64,000 nucleotides of DNA from Alphaproteobacteria bacterium (GTDB lineage Bacteria > Pseudomonadota > Alphaproteobacteria > CADEGL01), in NCBI GenBank assembly GCA_963666705.2, contig CAXXKO010000016.1, positions 95,300 through 159,299 on the forward strand, written 5' to 3'. The notes below the pieces were generated by a model. The model saw only the letters and a program-made list of their open reading frames with translations, searched no databases and was not told the DNA's origin. Position numbers and translations under genes: made by a program. Shown here one piece after another: positions 29,298-38,187 of the stretch; position 1 is the first letter of the stretch, and every line of letters begins with the position of its first letter.

Positions 29298-30149
29298 TTG
29301 GACGACGATCTCCTACGATATCTGATCCATTCCAACCTGACGGGCGCGATCCTGGCGCCGCTCTTCATCGGCTGGGCCGTGTCCCGCTTCGCGGGCTCCG
29401 CCGGCATCGCCATCGGCATGGGCTTCCCGGTGGGATATGCCCTCACAGCCGGTCTGCCGCCGCTGCCCACGCTCGCCTCCGACCAGAAGGTGGCCTATCT
29501 CGTCCTCGCCGGCGCGGCCCTCGGCCTCCTCTTGGCACTCACCCGCGCTGGCCGTGGCTGGCGCCGCGCCGCCCTGGCCCTGTGGCCCGGCGCCGGCCTG
29601 GCCTGGATCGCCTGGCGGCCTCTCGCGGTGGCCACGCCCTCGCTGCTGCTGACCCTGGCGGCCCTGTGGCTGGCGGCGACGGCCGTCCTGTGGCGGCTCG
29701 AGGCCCGGGCGGGCCAGGACGCGGACTGGGACCGGGTCGGCCATGTCCCCACCATGCTGGCGGCCGCCGCGGTCGGCGTGGCCGCCGTCGCGCTCTTCGC
29801 CGGCTCCGCCTCGCTGGTCCTGGTGTGCCTGGCCCTGGCCACCGCCGTCTGGGGGGCGAACATGGCCAACTGGGGCCGGACCCGCGCGGCCTTCGGCATC
29901 GCCGCCCTGCTCGCGGGCGGGGGCGGGGTCTTCTTCCTGGCCGCGGTCGCCGTGCTTTACGCGGGCGCGAGCGCCGCGGCGCTGGCCATCCTCCTGCCCT
30001 GCTTCTGGGCGGACAGGCTGGCGCCGTCCGCGGGGGGCGTCTGGCCCCGGCGCGTGGCGACGCTCGCCGTTGCGGCCATCCCCGTCCTCATCGCCGTCGC
30101 GGCGGCCTACGCCGTGCTTTCTATCCCCTCGACCGGGCCGTCTGGTTGA
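29298..30149 (+). CDS. Hypothetical multi-pass membrane protein
   Basis: Multiple hydrophobic segments; fills the gap downstream of ecm; TTG start. Confidence 0.6.
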   Translation: MDDDLLRYLIHSNLTGAILAPLFIGWAVSRFAGSAGIAIGMGFPVGYALTAGLPPLPTLASDQKVAYLVLAGAALGLLLALTRAGRGWRRAALALWPGAGLAWIAWRPLAVATPSLLLTLAALWLAATAVLWRLEARAGQDADWDRVGHVPTMLAAAAVGVAAVALFAGSASLVLVCLALATAVWGANMANWGRTRAAFGIAALLAGGGGVFFLAAVAVLYAGASAAALAILLPCFWADRLAPSAGGVWPRRVATLAVAAIPVLIAVAAAYAVLSIPSTGPSG

Positions 30150-30828
30150 AAAGGATCTTGCGCGCTTCGTCCGATGGCGGACCCGAGCGGCGGAATTCCT
30201 TGCCGAGATCGACGCCGCGCTGGACGGCGGGGCGCTCCTTGATGGTCGCGCGCCAGCGCGCGACGTTGGGGAATTCGTCGAGCGGCTGGCCCAGCGGCTT
30301 GGCGATCAGGACCCAGGGCCACGAGATCATGTCGGCGATGGTGTAATCATCACCGAGGATGAAGGGGCGGTCCGCCAGGCGGTGCTCGAGGACGCCCAGG
30401 CAGCGGTCGTATTCGTTGGCGTAGCGGGTTTTGGCATAATCCTGGCCTTCGGGCCCGTAGTTGACGAAGTGGCTCAGCTGCCCCGCCATGGGCCCCTGGT
30501 TGCCGACCTGCCAGAACAGCCACTCCAGGGTCTCCTTGCGGCCGAGCGGGTCGGGCGGCATGAACATCCCGGTCTTCTCCGCGAGATAGAACATGATCGC
30601 CCCGGATTCGAAGACCGGGACCGGATCGCCGTCCACGTCGCGGTCGACGATGGCCGGCATGCGGTTGTTGGGGCTGATGGCGAGGAAGGCGGGCGCGAAC
30701 TGGTCGCCCTTGGAGATATCGACGGGAATCGTGCGGTAGGGAAGGCCGCATTCCTCCAGCATGATGGACACCTTCCACCCGTTCGGTGTCGGCCAGTAAT
30801 AGAAGTCGATCACGGCGCTCGTCTCCAT
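30121..30828 (-). CDS. Glutathione S-transferase, YfcG/YghU-like
   Basis: YWPTPNGWK, ISPNNRMPAI, FESGAIMFYLAEK, YTIADM. Confidence 0.9.
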   Translation of the reverse strand: METSAVIDFYYWPTPNGWKVSIMLEECGLPYRTIPVDISKGDQFAPAFLAISPNNRMPAIVDRDVDGDPVPVFESGAIMFYLAEKTGMFMPPDPLGRKETLEWLFWQVGNQGPMAGQLSHFVNYGPEGQDYAKTRYANEYDRCLGVLEHRLADRPFILGDDYTIADMISWPWVLIAKPLGQPLDEFPNVARWRATIKERPAVQRGVDLGKEFRRSGPPSDEARKILFNQTARSRG

Positions 30829-30985
30829 TCGCTCGAGCCTTCAGCGGCAATCGCCGGCGCGCGGACGAAGGCGGCCCACCCACTGGGCGGCATCATATCA
30901 GAATGTAGAATCCGTGCGCCGCGTCTATGCTTGAATGCCGGCGCGGCGCGCGCCGCTTCGCCGCCCCCTTCCCCAAGGCCAGACC

Positions 30986-32431
30986 ATGGACCTCTCATCC
31001 CTGCCGCCCGCCGCCTTCATCGACCCCACGGGTGCCAACCGGGAGGAGGTCGATGCTCTCATGGGGCGCCTCTGGGCGCTGCTGCGGGCGCGGGCGGCGG
31101 GCGCCGCGACGCACCCGCCCATGCCGCCCGCCGACGCCCCGGTGCCGGCCGCCGTCATCCCCGACGACCCGGTGGCGGAGGCGGCCATCCTGGAGGGCCT
31201 CGACCGCCTCCTCGCGGGCGCGATGAACCCGGCCAACCCCGGCTTCATCGGCCATATGGACCCGCCGCCGGCGACCTTCTCGGTCCTCGGCGAGCTGGCC
31301 GCGGCCCTCGCCAACAACAACATGCTGAGCCTCGAGATGTCGCCGGCCTTCTCGCGCCTCGAAGCCGGCCTCATGCGCGCCTTCGGGCGGCTCTTCGGCC
31401 TCGGTCCTGATTCGGGCGGCGTGATGGCCAGCGGCGGCAGCCTCGCCAACCTCCAGGCCCTCGCCGTGGCGCGCAACCGGGCCTTCGGCGTCCGCGAGCG
31501 CGGCCTCGCCGGCTACGCCGTCCGCCCCATGATCCTCGCCTCCGCGGCGGCCCACGCCTCGGTCGCCAAGGCGGCCATGATCCTCGGCCTGGGCACCGAA
31601 TCGGTGGTGCCAGTCGCGGCCGACGCCGGCGGGCGCATGGCGAGCGATGCGCTCGAAGCGGTGCTGGCGCGGGTGGCGGACTCGGGCATCGTGCCGTTCT
31701 GCGTCGTGGCGACGGCCGGCACCACCGTCACCGGCGCCATCGATCCCCTGGCGGAGATCGCGGCCGTCGCGCGGGAGAAAGGGCTGTGGCTCCACGTCGA
31801 TGCGGCCCATGGCGGCGCCCTCGCCTTCTCGGAGCGCGAGCGCCATCGCCTGGCCGGCATCGAGAAGGCCGATTCCGTCACCTTCAACCCGCAGAAATGG
31901 CTCTACGTGGCCAAGACCTGCGCGATGCTCCTGTTCCGCGACATGGGCGTGCTCGAGCGCGACTTCCGCATCCCCGCCCCCTACATGGCCGAGGCCGGCG
32001 GCTTCACCAACCTCGGCGAGATCACCATCCAGGGCACGCGCCACGCCGAGGTGCTCAAGCTCTGGCTGGCGCTCCAGCACCTGGGCCGCCGGGGCTACGG
32101 CGGGCTCGTGGAACAAGGCATGGATCTGGCGCGCCACCTCGCCGAGGGGGTCGCGGCGCGGCCCTGGCTCACCCTCGCGACCGAGCCCGACACCAATCTC
32201 GTGTGCTTCCGCGCCGCGCCCGACGACCTCACGCCCGAGGGCCAGGATGCGCTCAACGCCCGCCTGCAACGCCGCCTGCACGACGAAGACGGCTTCTTCC
32301 TCTCCCTCCCGGTGTTCCGCGATCGGCGCTGGCTGCGCGCGGTGCTCGTCAACCCCCATGCGGACGCCGTAAGCCTCGACCGCCTCCTCGCCGCCCTCGA
32401 CCGATTGGGCGCCGAGGAGCGGGCGACTTGA
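30986..32431 (+). CDS. Group II PLP-dependent decarboxylase
   Basis: [46 protein letters not shown] (PLP lysine). Confidence 0.88.
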   Translation: MDLSSLPPAAFIDPTGANREEVDALMGRLWALLRARAAGAATHPPMPPADAPVPAAVIPDDPVAEAAILEGLDRLLAGAMNPANPGFIGHMDPPPATFSVLGELAAALANNNMLSLEMSPAFSRLEAGLMRAFGRLFGLGPDSGGVMASGGSLANLQALAVARNRAFGVRERGLAGYAVRPMILASAAAHASVAKAAMILGLGTESVVPVAADAGGRMASDALEAVLARVADSGIVPFCVVATAGTTVTGAIDPLAEIAAVAREKGLWLHVDAAHGGALAFSERERHRLAGIEKADSVTFNPQKWLYVAKTCAMLLFRDMGVLERDFRIPAPYMAEAGGFTNLGEITIQGTRHAEVLKLWLALQHLGRRGYGGLVEQGMDLARHLAEGVAARPWLTLATEPDTNLVCFRAAPDDLTPEGQDALNARLQRRLHDEDGFFLSLPVFRDRRWLRAVLVNPHADAVSLDRLLAALDRLGAEERAT

Positions 32432-32465
32432 TCGCGCGGCCGGGTGCTGCTAGCTTCCGGACACC

Positions 32466-32585
32466 ATGACCACGCGACTTACCACGCGGCGAATTACGGC
32501 CCCGACGCCCACCGGGTGTCGGAGTGATTGCGTCTGCCGTTTTGCCGTTGGCTGGGAGCTCGCGAGGCATGTCTCACCTAACTGA
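32466..32585 (+). promoter_or_regulatory. Putative Thr-rich leader peptide / attenuator
   Basis: MTTRLTTRRITAPTPT... has 7 Thr in the first 16 codons; 9-bp hairpin at 32502-32522; precedes an ACT-like gene. Confidence 0.45.
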
Positions 32586-33045
32586 ATACCCCTCCACCGC
32601 CTGTTTTTCCGTCCATGCCGGGGTCGATCCCTCGGTGATGCCGCGCGTGCTCGAGGAGCTCGCCAAGCGCGGCCTCGTGCCGACCCAATGGCACAGCACC
32701 ATCGCCGGCCCCATGGGCGACGAGATCCATATGGACTTCCAGGTCGCCGGCATCGCGCCGACGCTGGTCGAGCGCATCGCCCAGGCGCTGCGCCGGATCG
32801 GCCTCGTCGAGCTCGTGCTGACGGCGGAGAAGCCACTTGCGCGCGGCGCTGTAGATAGCGAATTAAGTTGGCCGGTTTATGTAGCACATCGATTGACCGC
32901 TCTGTTGATGTTGTGGCGCCTGTGGGGAAGTGGTCAGGTCGGCGTAGCCGAGCTGTCCACTTATCCACGGGCGGGTCGCGTCGAGCGGCATCACGCGGCC
33001 CTCTTCATGGTGTCTCCTTCCAGAAGCGCGCCATCGCCTCGGTAG
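32569..33045 (+). CDS. Small ACT-domain-like protein (native 94 aa, now extended into the IS)
   Basis: FSVHAGVDPSVMPRVLEELAKRGLVP...IAQALRRIGLVELVL, ACT-like pattern; native stop moved to 34277-34279 by IS insertion. Confidence 0.65.
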   Translation: MSHLTEYPSTACFSVHAGVDPSVMPRVLEELAKRGLVPTQWHSTIAGPMGDEIHMDFQVAGIAPTLVERIAQALRRIGLVELVLTAEKPLARGAVDSELSWPVYVAHRLTALLMLWRLWGSGQVGVAELSTYPRAGRVERHHAALFMVSPSRSAPSPR

Positions 33046-34259
33046 CGGGCGATCGGGCGCGGCCCGTGGAATATGGCGTAGGTGGCGTCCGGATAGTGGT
33101 GGACGCGGACCTTGGCCTTGACGTAGTGCGGCCTCAGCGATGACGGCGGGATCTGCAGGACGATGCCGTGGAAGCGTACGGTGTTGTCGTTGCCGACGGT
33201 GCGCGTCTCCTGGACGCACAGCACGTCGCGCCACTGTTCCGCCGGCACGGCGACGAAGGCCGAGCCCGGCTCTTCGGGAGCGATCGCGAAGCGCGCATTG
33301 TAGTCGGGAATGAAGGTCTCGGCGAGGAAGCGGTTGGCCCCTTCGATCGTCGAGACGCCGGCCAATGCCAACTCCTTGGGGAGCCGGTCCTGCAAGGTGC
33401 GGAAGGCGCGCTCGGAGCGCCCGCGCGCCTCCGGCGAATAGGCCGCGATGTGCTCGATGCCGAGCTGGGCCAAGGCCCGTCCGAGCTGGGAGGGCTTGTC
33501 GCGGTCCACCTTGCCACCCGCCTGGGGGGTGTGGAAGTAGTGGCTCGCGCGGTCGGTGTAGAGCGCGCACGGCAGCCCGTGCCGGCCGAACACCTCGCCC
33601 AGCCCCTGGAAGCTCGACATGGTGCCCTCCTCGGCGACCAGGAAGCCCGAGTAGATCGCCCCGCTCGCATCGTCCAGAGAGACGATCATATCCTGCTCTT
33701 CGTCGCGGCCCGGCAGCCAGCGGTGCGTCGAGCCGTCCTGATGCAGCATCATGCCCACGAGCGGCCGCCGCGGCCGCTTGCGCCGGTGCGCCCCGCGCCT
33801 GGGCGCCGGCGCCGCCAGGCCGCGGCCGTGGAGAAACGTCTTGGTCCAGGTGTAACCCCAGCGGAAGCCGTGGTCCTTCACCAGGTGCTCGTGGAAGTGC
33901 TTGACCGTGAAACCCGCGTAGCGCTCGCGGTAAAGAGCTTCGACCCGCATCGCCTCGTCCACCGGCACCCGCTTGGGCGACGGCTTGCCCAGACGCCGGT
34001 CCAGAAGCCCCGCATCGCCCTCACACTCGAAACGACGGCACCAGCGCCGAAACGTGCGCTCGCCGACCCCAAGCACCTCCGCCGCCTCCAACTGGCTCAA
34101 CGATCCCGCCTCACAACGACCGAAAACATCCCGAAACCTCATCATGCGCACACCTTGCAAAACATCTGTCCGTCTCATCCCACCCCCTTCAAACAGGAGG
34201 CTCAATAAACCGGACAGATCGTGTGCTACATAGAACGGACAGATCGTGTGCTATCTACA
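32850..34259 (-). mobile_element. IS1202-family (ISNCY/IS481-like) insertion sequence with 16-bp target duplication
   Basis: TGTAGATAGC...GCTATCTACA termini; CACTTGCGCGCGGCGC at 32834-32849 and 34260-34275; repeated CGGACAGATCGTGTGCTA at one end. Confidence 0.88.
32991..34178 (-). CDS. IS1202/ISNCY-family DDE transposase
   Basis: MLHQDGSTHRW, LDDASG, LYTDRASH, SPEARGRSERAFRTLQDRL. Confidence 0.9.
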   Translation of the reverse strand: MRRTDVLQGVRMMRFRDVFGRCEAGSLSQLEAAEVLGVGERTFRRWCRRFECEGDAGLLDRRLGKPSPKRVPVDEAMRVEALYRERYAGFTVKHFHEHLVKDHGFRWGYTWTKTFLHGRGLAAPAPRRGAHRRKRPRRPLVGMMLHQDGSTHRWLPGRDEEQDMIVSLDDASGAIYSGFLVAEEGTMSSFQGLGEVFGRHGLPCALYTDRASHYFHTPQAGGKVDRDKPSQLGRALAQLGIEHIAAYSPEARGRSERAFRTLQDRLPKELALAGVSTIEGANRFLAETFIPDYNARFAIAPEEPGSAFVAVPAEQWRDVLCVQETRTVGNDNTVRFHGIVLQIPPSSLRPHYVKAKVRVHHYPDATYAIFHGPRPIARYRGDGALLEGDTMKRAA

Positions 34260-34420
34260 CACTTGCGCGCGGCGCTTGAGGTCGCCCCCCGTTCGTGCGT
34301 TAATCGAGGCACTGACGCCCAAGCGCGCCAGTGCCTCGGGGCATGCGCGACGACAGGTAGGCGTGACTCCCATGCGCGGTTGTCCCGGCGGCTTCAAAAG
34401 CACGCACAGGAGGACACGCC

Positions 34421-35677
34421 ATGACGTTCAAAAATGCCGCGATCGCGGCGGCCGCCCTTGGCGCGGCCGCGTGGCTCGCGGCACCCGCGGTTGCCGGCGA
34501 GACCAAGGGCCCGGTCACGGACGATTTCGGTGTCGTCAAGATCAACGTGAACGACCCCGTCATCATCGGCGCCTACCTCGCCATCGGCGGGCCCGAATCG
34601 GCCCTCGGCATCGATGAGAAGCGGGCCATCGAGATCGCCTTCGACGAGGTCGACTGGAAGATCGCCGGCCACCCCATCAAGCTGACGGTCGAGGATTCCG
34701 CCTGCAACTCGGAGGGTGGCCAGAACGCGGCCACCAAGCTCGCCGCCAACCAGAAGATCCTGATCGTGATCGGGCCGTCGTGCTCGAACGCGGCCATGCC
34801 GGGCGCGCCGATCCTCGGCAAGGCGGGCATCCCCAGCATCGGGCTCAACAGCGTGCCGGCGATCACCGCGCCGGACCGCTCGACCGACTACAACTGGTAC
34901 GTGCGCACGGCCTTCAACGACAGCTGGTCGGCGCTCGCCGACGCCGACTACGCCTTCAACGTGGAGGGGGCGAAGACCGCCACCCTGCTGCACGACGGCA
35001 CCGCCTACTCCCAGTCCGTAGCCGAGCATTTCGGCGCGGCCTTCGAGGCCCAGGGCGGCAAGGTCCTCAGCATCGAGGCGGTGGGGGCGCAGGACGTCGA
35101 CATGCGCCCGGCACTCACCAAGATCGCCGCCGACCCACCCGACCTGCTCTACATGCCGCTCTACGTCTTCGCGGCCGGCTACGTGGTCCGCCAGGCGCCC
35201 GAGATCAGCGGGCTCGAGAAGACCACGCTCCTGGGGCAGAACGCACTCATGACCCCCGACATGATCACGGCCGCCGGCAAGGCGGTCAAAGGCTTCAAGA
35301 TCGCCCTTGTGGACCTGTCGGAGTCCGCCTTCAGTGGCGCCTATCCGAGCTTCATCGAGACCTATATCGCGAAGTACGGCGAGCGGCCGCCCCAGGCGTA
35401 CCACTACCTGGCCTACGACGCGGCACTCCTGGCCATCGCCGCGATCGAGGACGTGGCCGTCACTGACGACGCGGGCAACACTTATGTCGGCCGCGATGCG
35501 CTGCGCGACCGGGTCTACGCCACCAAGGGGCTCCAGGGCCTCTCGGGCGAGATCAACTGCAACGAGTACGGCGACTGCGGCGTGTTCAACGGCGCCATCT
35601 ACGAGTTCGTCGACGGCGACCCGGCGACCTTCGAGCCGGGCAAGAACCCGGTGCGGGTATTCCCGGCCAGCGACTGA
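34421..35677 (+). CDS. Branched-chain amino acid ABC-type substrate-binding protein (orphan)
   Basis: Signal peptide, EDSACNSEGG, IGPSCS, HDGTAYS, YDAA, GLSGEINC; no permease or ATPase genes adjacent. Confidence 0.88.
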   Translation: MTFKNAAIAAAALGAAAWLAAPAVAGETKGPVTDDFGVVKINVNDPVIIGAYLAIGGPESALGIDEKRAIEIAFDEVDWKIAGHPIKLTVEDSACNSEGGQNAATKLAANQKILIVIGPSCSNAAMPGAPILGKAGIPSIGLNSVPAITAPDRSTDYNWYVRTAFNDSWSALADADYAFNVEGAKTATLLHDGTAYSQSVAEHFGAAFEAQGGKVLSIEAVGAQDVDMRPALTKIAADPPDLLYMPLYVFAAGYVVRQAPEISGLEKTTLLGQNALMTPDMITAAGKAVKGFKIALVDLSESAFSGAYPSFIETYIAKYGERPPQAYHYLAYDAALLAIAAIEDVAVTDDAGNTYVGRDALRDRVYATKGLQGLSGEINCNEYGDCGVFNGAIYEFVDGDPATFEPGKNPVRVFPASD

Positions 35678-35716
35678 ATGGGTTACTCGGGCTGATAGTC
35701 CGATTGACGGAGCCAC

Positions 35717-35749
35717 CGCGGGGGCGCATAAGCGCCCCCGCGTTTTTTT
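35717..35749 (+). terminator. Rho-independent terminator
   Basis: CGCGGGGGCGC-ATAA-GCGCCCCCGCG followed by T7. Confidence 0.85.
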
Positions 35750-35775
35750 GTGCGAGACGGTGCCGGAGCGACGGC

Positions 35776-36621
35776 ATGAGCTTCCTCGACCGCATCAACG
35801 AGTGCAACGCCCACGACATCTCCGGCTTCCGCCCGTTCGCGGTCGCCGGCCGGCGGGTCGGCTGGGTGCGCCACACCTTCGCGGAGCGGCTGCGGGGCTT
35901 CCCGGGCGTCTTCCGGGTCGAGGCCGACCGCGTTCGCATGGCCGAGGGACTCGATGGCTTCGACGCGCGCTCGGCCGCCATGGGGAGCGTCGTCGAGGCG
36001 CTTGCGGCCGAGGGGCTCGTGCCCGGCTGGCGGGGCGAGACCTACCCCGTCGCCGCCGCCCCGGGCGAGGCGCCCCTCCTCGCCATGGAGCGCGCCGCCA
36101 TTCCCATTTTCGGCGTCACCGCCCACGGCGTGCACATGAACGGCTACGTGCGCGATGGGGACGGGCTCGCCATGTGGGTCGCGCGCCGCTCGCGCGCGAA
36201 GCCCACCTTCCCCGGCATGCTCGACAACATGGTCGCGGGCGGCCTGCCCATGGGCATCCCCGCCTTCGAGAACCTGGTCAAGGAATGCGCCGAGGAAGCG
36301 AGCCTGCCCGAGGCAATCGCCCGGCGCGCCACCCCCGTCGGCGCTATCACCTATTGCATGGAGGCGGTGGAGGGGCTGAAGCCCGACGTGCAGTACTGCT
36401 ACGACCTCGAGGTGCCGCGGGGCTTCACGCCGCGCCCGGGCGACGATGAGATCGAGTCCTTCCACCTATGGCCCATCGCCAAGGTGATGGCGGTGGTGGA
36501 GCGGACGGCTGAGTTCAAGTTCAACTGCAACCTCGTGATCATCGACTTCCTCATCCGCCACGGCCTGGTCGGCCCGGAGCATCCCGACTACCTGGCCCTG
36601 GTCGGCGGCCTGCACCGGTAG
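35776..36621 (+). CDS. NUDIX hydrolase (DUF4743-type)
   Basis: GWRGETY, GVHMNGYV, LDNMVAGG...KECAEEA Nudix box, FKFNCNLV. Confidence 0.88.
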   Translation: MSFLDRINECNAHDISGFRPFAVAGRRVGWVRHTFAERLRGFPGVFRVEADRVRMAEGLDGFDARSAAMGSVVEALAAEGLVPGWRGETYPVAAAPGEAPLLAMERAAIPIFGVTAHGVHMNGYVRDGDGLAMWVARRSRAKPTFPGMLDNMVAGGLPMGIPAFENLVKECAEEASLPEAIARRATPVGAITYCMEAVEGLKPDVQYCYDLEVPRGFTPRPGDDEIESFHLWPIAKVMAVVERTAEFKFNCNLVIIDFLIRHGLVGPEHPDYLALVGGLHR

Positions 36622-36640
36622 CACCCTGGGACCGGACGAC

Positions 36641-37188
36641 ATCACGCGCTTCGAGATCGTCGTCCTGGCCATCGTCGTCGTGGCCGTGGCCCTGCTCTTC
36701 GCATACACGCTCCTGACCGGGATCTCGCCGGTGCCCACCTCGCCACGGGTAAAGAAGGCCATGCTGGCGAGCCTGCCGGCCCATCTCGGCGGCCCGATTC
36801 ACGAGCTCGGCGCCGGCTGGGGCACCCTCGCTTTCCCATTGGCCAGGCGCTATCCCGCGTGCCGGGTGGAGGCCTACGAGCTCTCCCCGGTGCCCTGGCT
36901 GTTCCTGCTCGGGCGCAAGGCGCTTTTTCGGCCGCCCACCTGGCGATCCACCGCTCGGACTTCCACAAGGCCGACCTCGGCCCCGCGGCGCTCGTCACCT
37001 GCTACCTCTACCCGGGCGGCATGGAGCGGCTGCGGCCGAAGCTCGAGGCCGAGTTGCGGCCCGGCGCGATTCTACTCAGCAACTGCTTCGCCATGCCCGG
37101 CTGGACGCCCGCCGCCACGCGCACCGCCGACGACCTTTACGCGAGCCCCGTCTACACCTACGTCATACCGCCCCCTCCCGGCGCCTAG
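36641..37188 (+). pseudogene. Class I SAM methyltransferase, frameshifted
   Basis: GISPVPTS...ELGAGWG...YELSPVPW in one frame and VTCYLYPGGMERL..KL..EL...SNCF in another; shift near 36925-36937; no ATG at the expected start (ATC at 36641, GTG at 36680). Confidence 0.7.
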
Positions 37189-38033
37189 TCGTCGGCGCCC
37201 GCGAGGCGCCGTGCTTCGGCGGGGGTGTGGCCGGCCTCGCGCAGGGCGCGGAGGGTGAGCGCGCCGTCGCGCTTGGCCAGGCGCTGGCCGCCGGGGCCCA
37301 TGACCAGCCGGTGGTGATGGTACGCCGGCACGTCGAGGCCGAGGAGGGCCTGGAGCAGGCGATGGACGTGGGTCGCCTCGAAGAGGTCCATCCCGCGCGT
37401 GACCAGGCTCACGCCTTGGATATGGTCGTCGAGGGTGACGGCGAGGTGATAGCTCGTCGGCGTGTCCTTGCGCGCGAGCACCACGTCGCCATGGACGGCC
37501 GGGTCGGCATCCTGGGGCCCGCGGCCCCGGTCGTGCCAGCGGAGGGGGCCGGCGCGGGCCACCGCCGCGGCGGCATCGAGCCGCAGGGCATGGGCCTCAC
37601 CCGCCGCGATTCGCGCCCGCCGCTCCCCGGCTTCGAGCCGCCGGCAGGTGCCGGGATAGAGCGGGCCGTCGGCGCCGTGGGGGGCCTGGCCCGAGCGCGC
37701 GACCTCGGCCTGGATCTCCTTGCGGGTGCAGAAGCAGGGATAGGTCAGGCCATCGGCCCCGAGCCGGGCGAGGGCGGCGGCATAGTCCGCCATATGCTCG
37801 GACTGGCGGCGCACGGGCGCCTCCCATGCGAGGCCGAGCCAGGCCAGGTCCTCGAGGATCGCGGCGTCGAGCTCGGGCCGGCGGCGGCCCTGATCGATGT
37901 CCTCGATGCGCAACAGGAAGCGCCCCCCCGCAACCCGCGCGGCCCGCGCCGCGAACAGCGCCGAATAGGCATGGCCGAGATGGAGGAGCCCGGTCGGGCT
38001 GGGCGCGAAGCGGGTCACGGGGCTGGGGCTCAT
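37185..38033 (-). CDS. gluQ: Glutamyl-Q tRNA(Asp) synthetase
   Basis: TRFAPSPTGLLHLGH, LRIEDID, YPCFCTR, YPGTCR, YHLAVTLDD, RLAKRD; no anticodon-binding domain. Confidence 0.92.
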   Translation of the reverse strand: MSPSPVTRFAPSPTGLLHLGHAYSALFAARAARVAGGRFLLRIEDIDQGRRRPELDAAILEDLAWLGLAWEAPVRRQSEHMADYAAALARLGADGLTYPCFCTRKEIQAEVARSGQAPHGADGPLYPGTCRRLEAGERRARIAAGEAHALRLDAAAAVARAGPLRWHDRGRGPQDADPAVHGDVVLARKDTPTSYHLAVTLDDHIQGVSLVTRGMDLFEATHVHRLLQALLGLDVPAYHHHRLVMGPGGQRLAKRDGALTLRALREAGHTPAEARRLAGADD

Positions 38034-38187
38034 GATGGTGGCAGTATGCCAGGGATGGGGCCGGCGCGCCCTCTGCCCGTGGTGGCTCGAAGCCGATTTC
38101 CCGGCGGGCGAAAATACGCTAACGTCGATCCTGGACAAGGTCGCCGCCTGGCCCTCGCCAGGCCCGCGGCCGAGAGGGAGATACACC

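Noticed and set aside
27053-30346. 1097-aa ORF and many other long Arg/Pro/Gly-rich ORFs in the track
   Set aside because: Alternative-frame or antisense shadows of recognisable genes, expected at high GC; no motifs of their own
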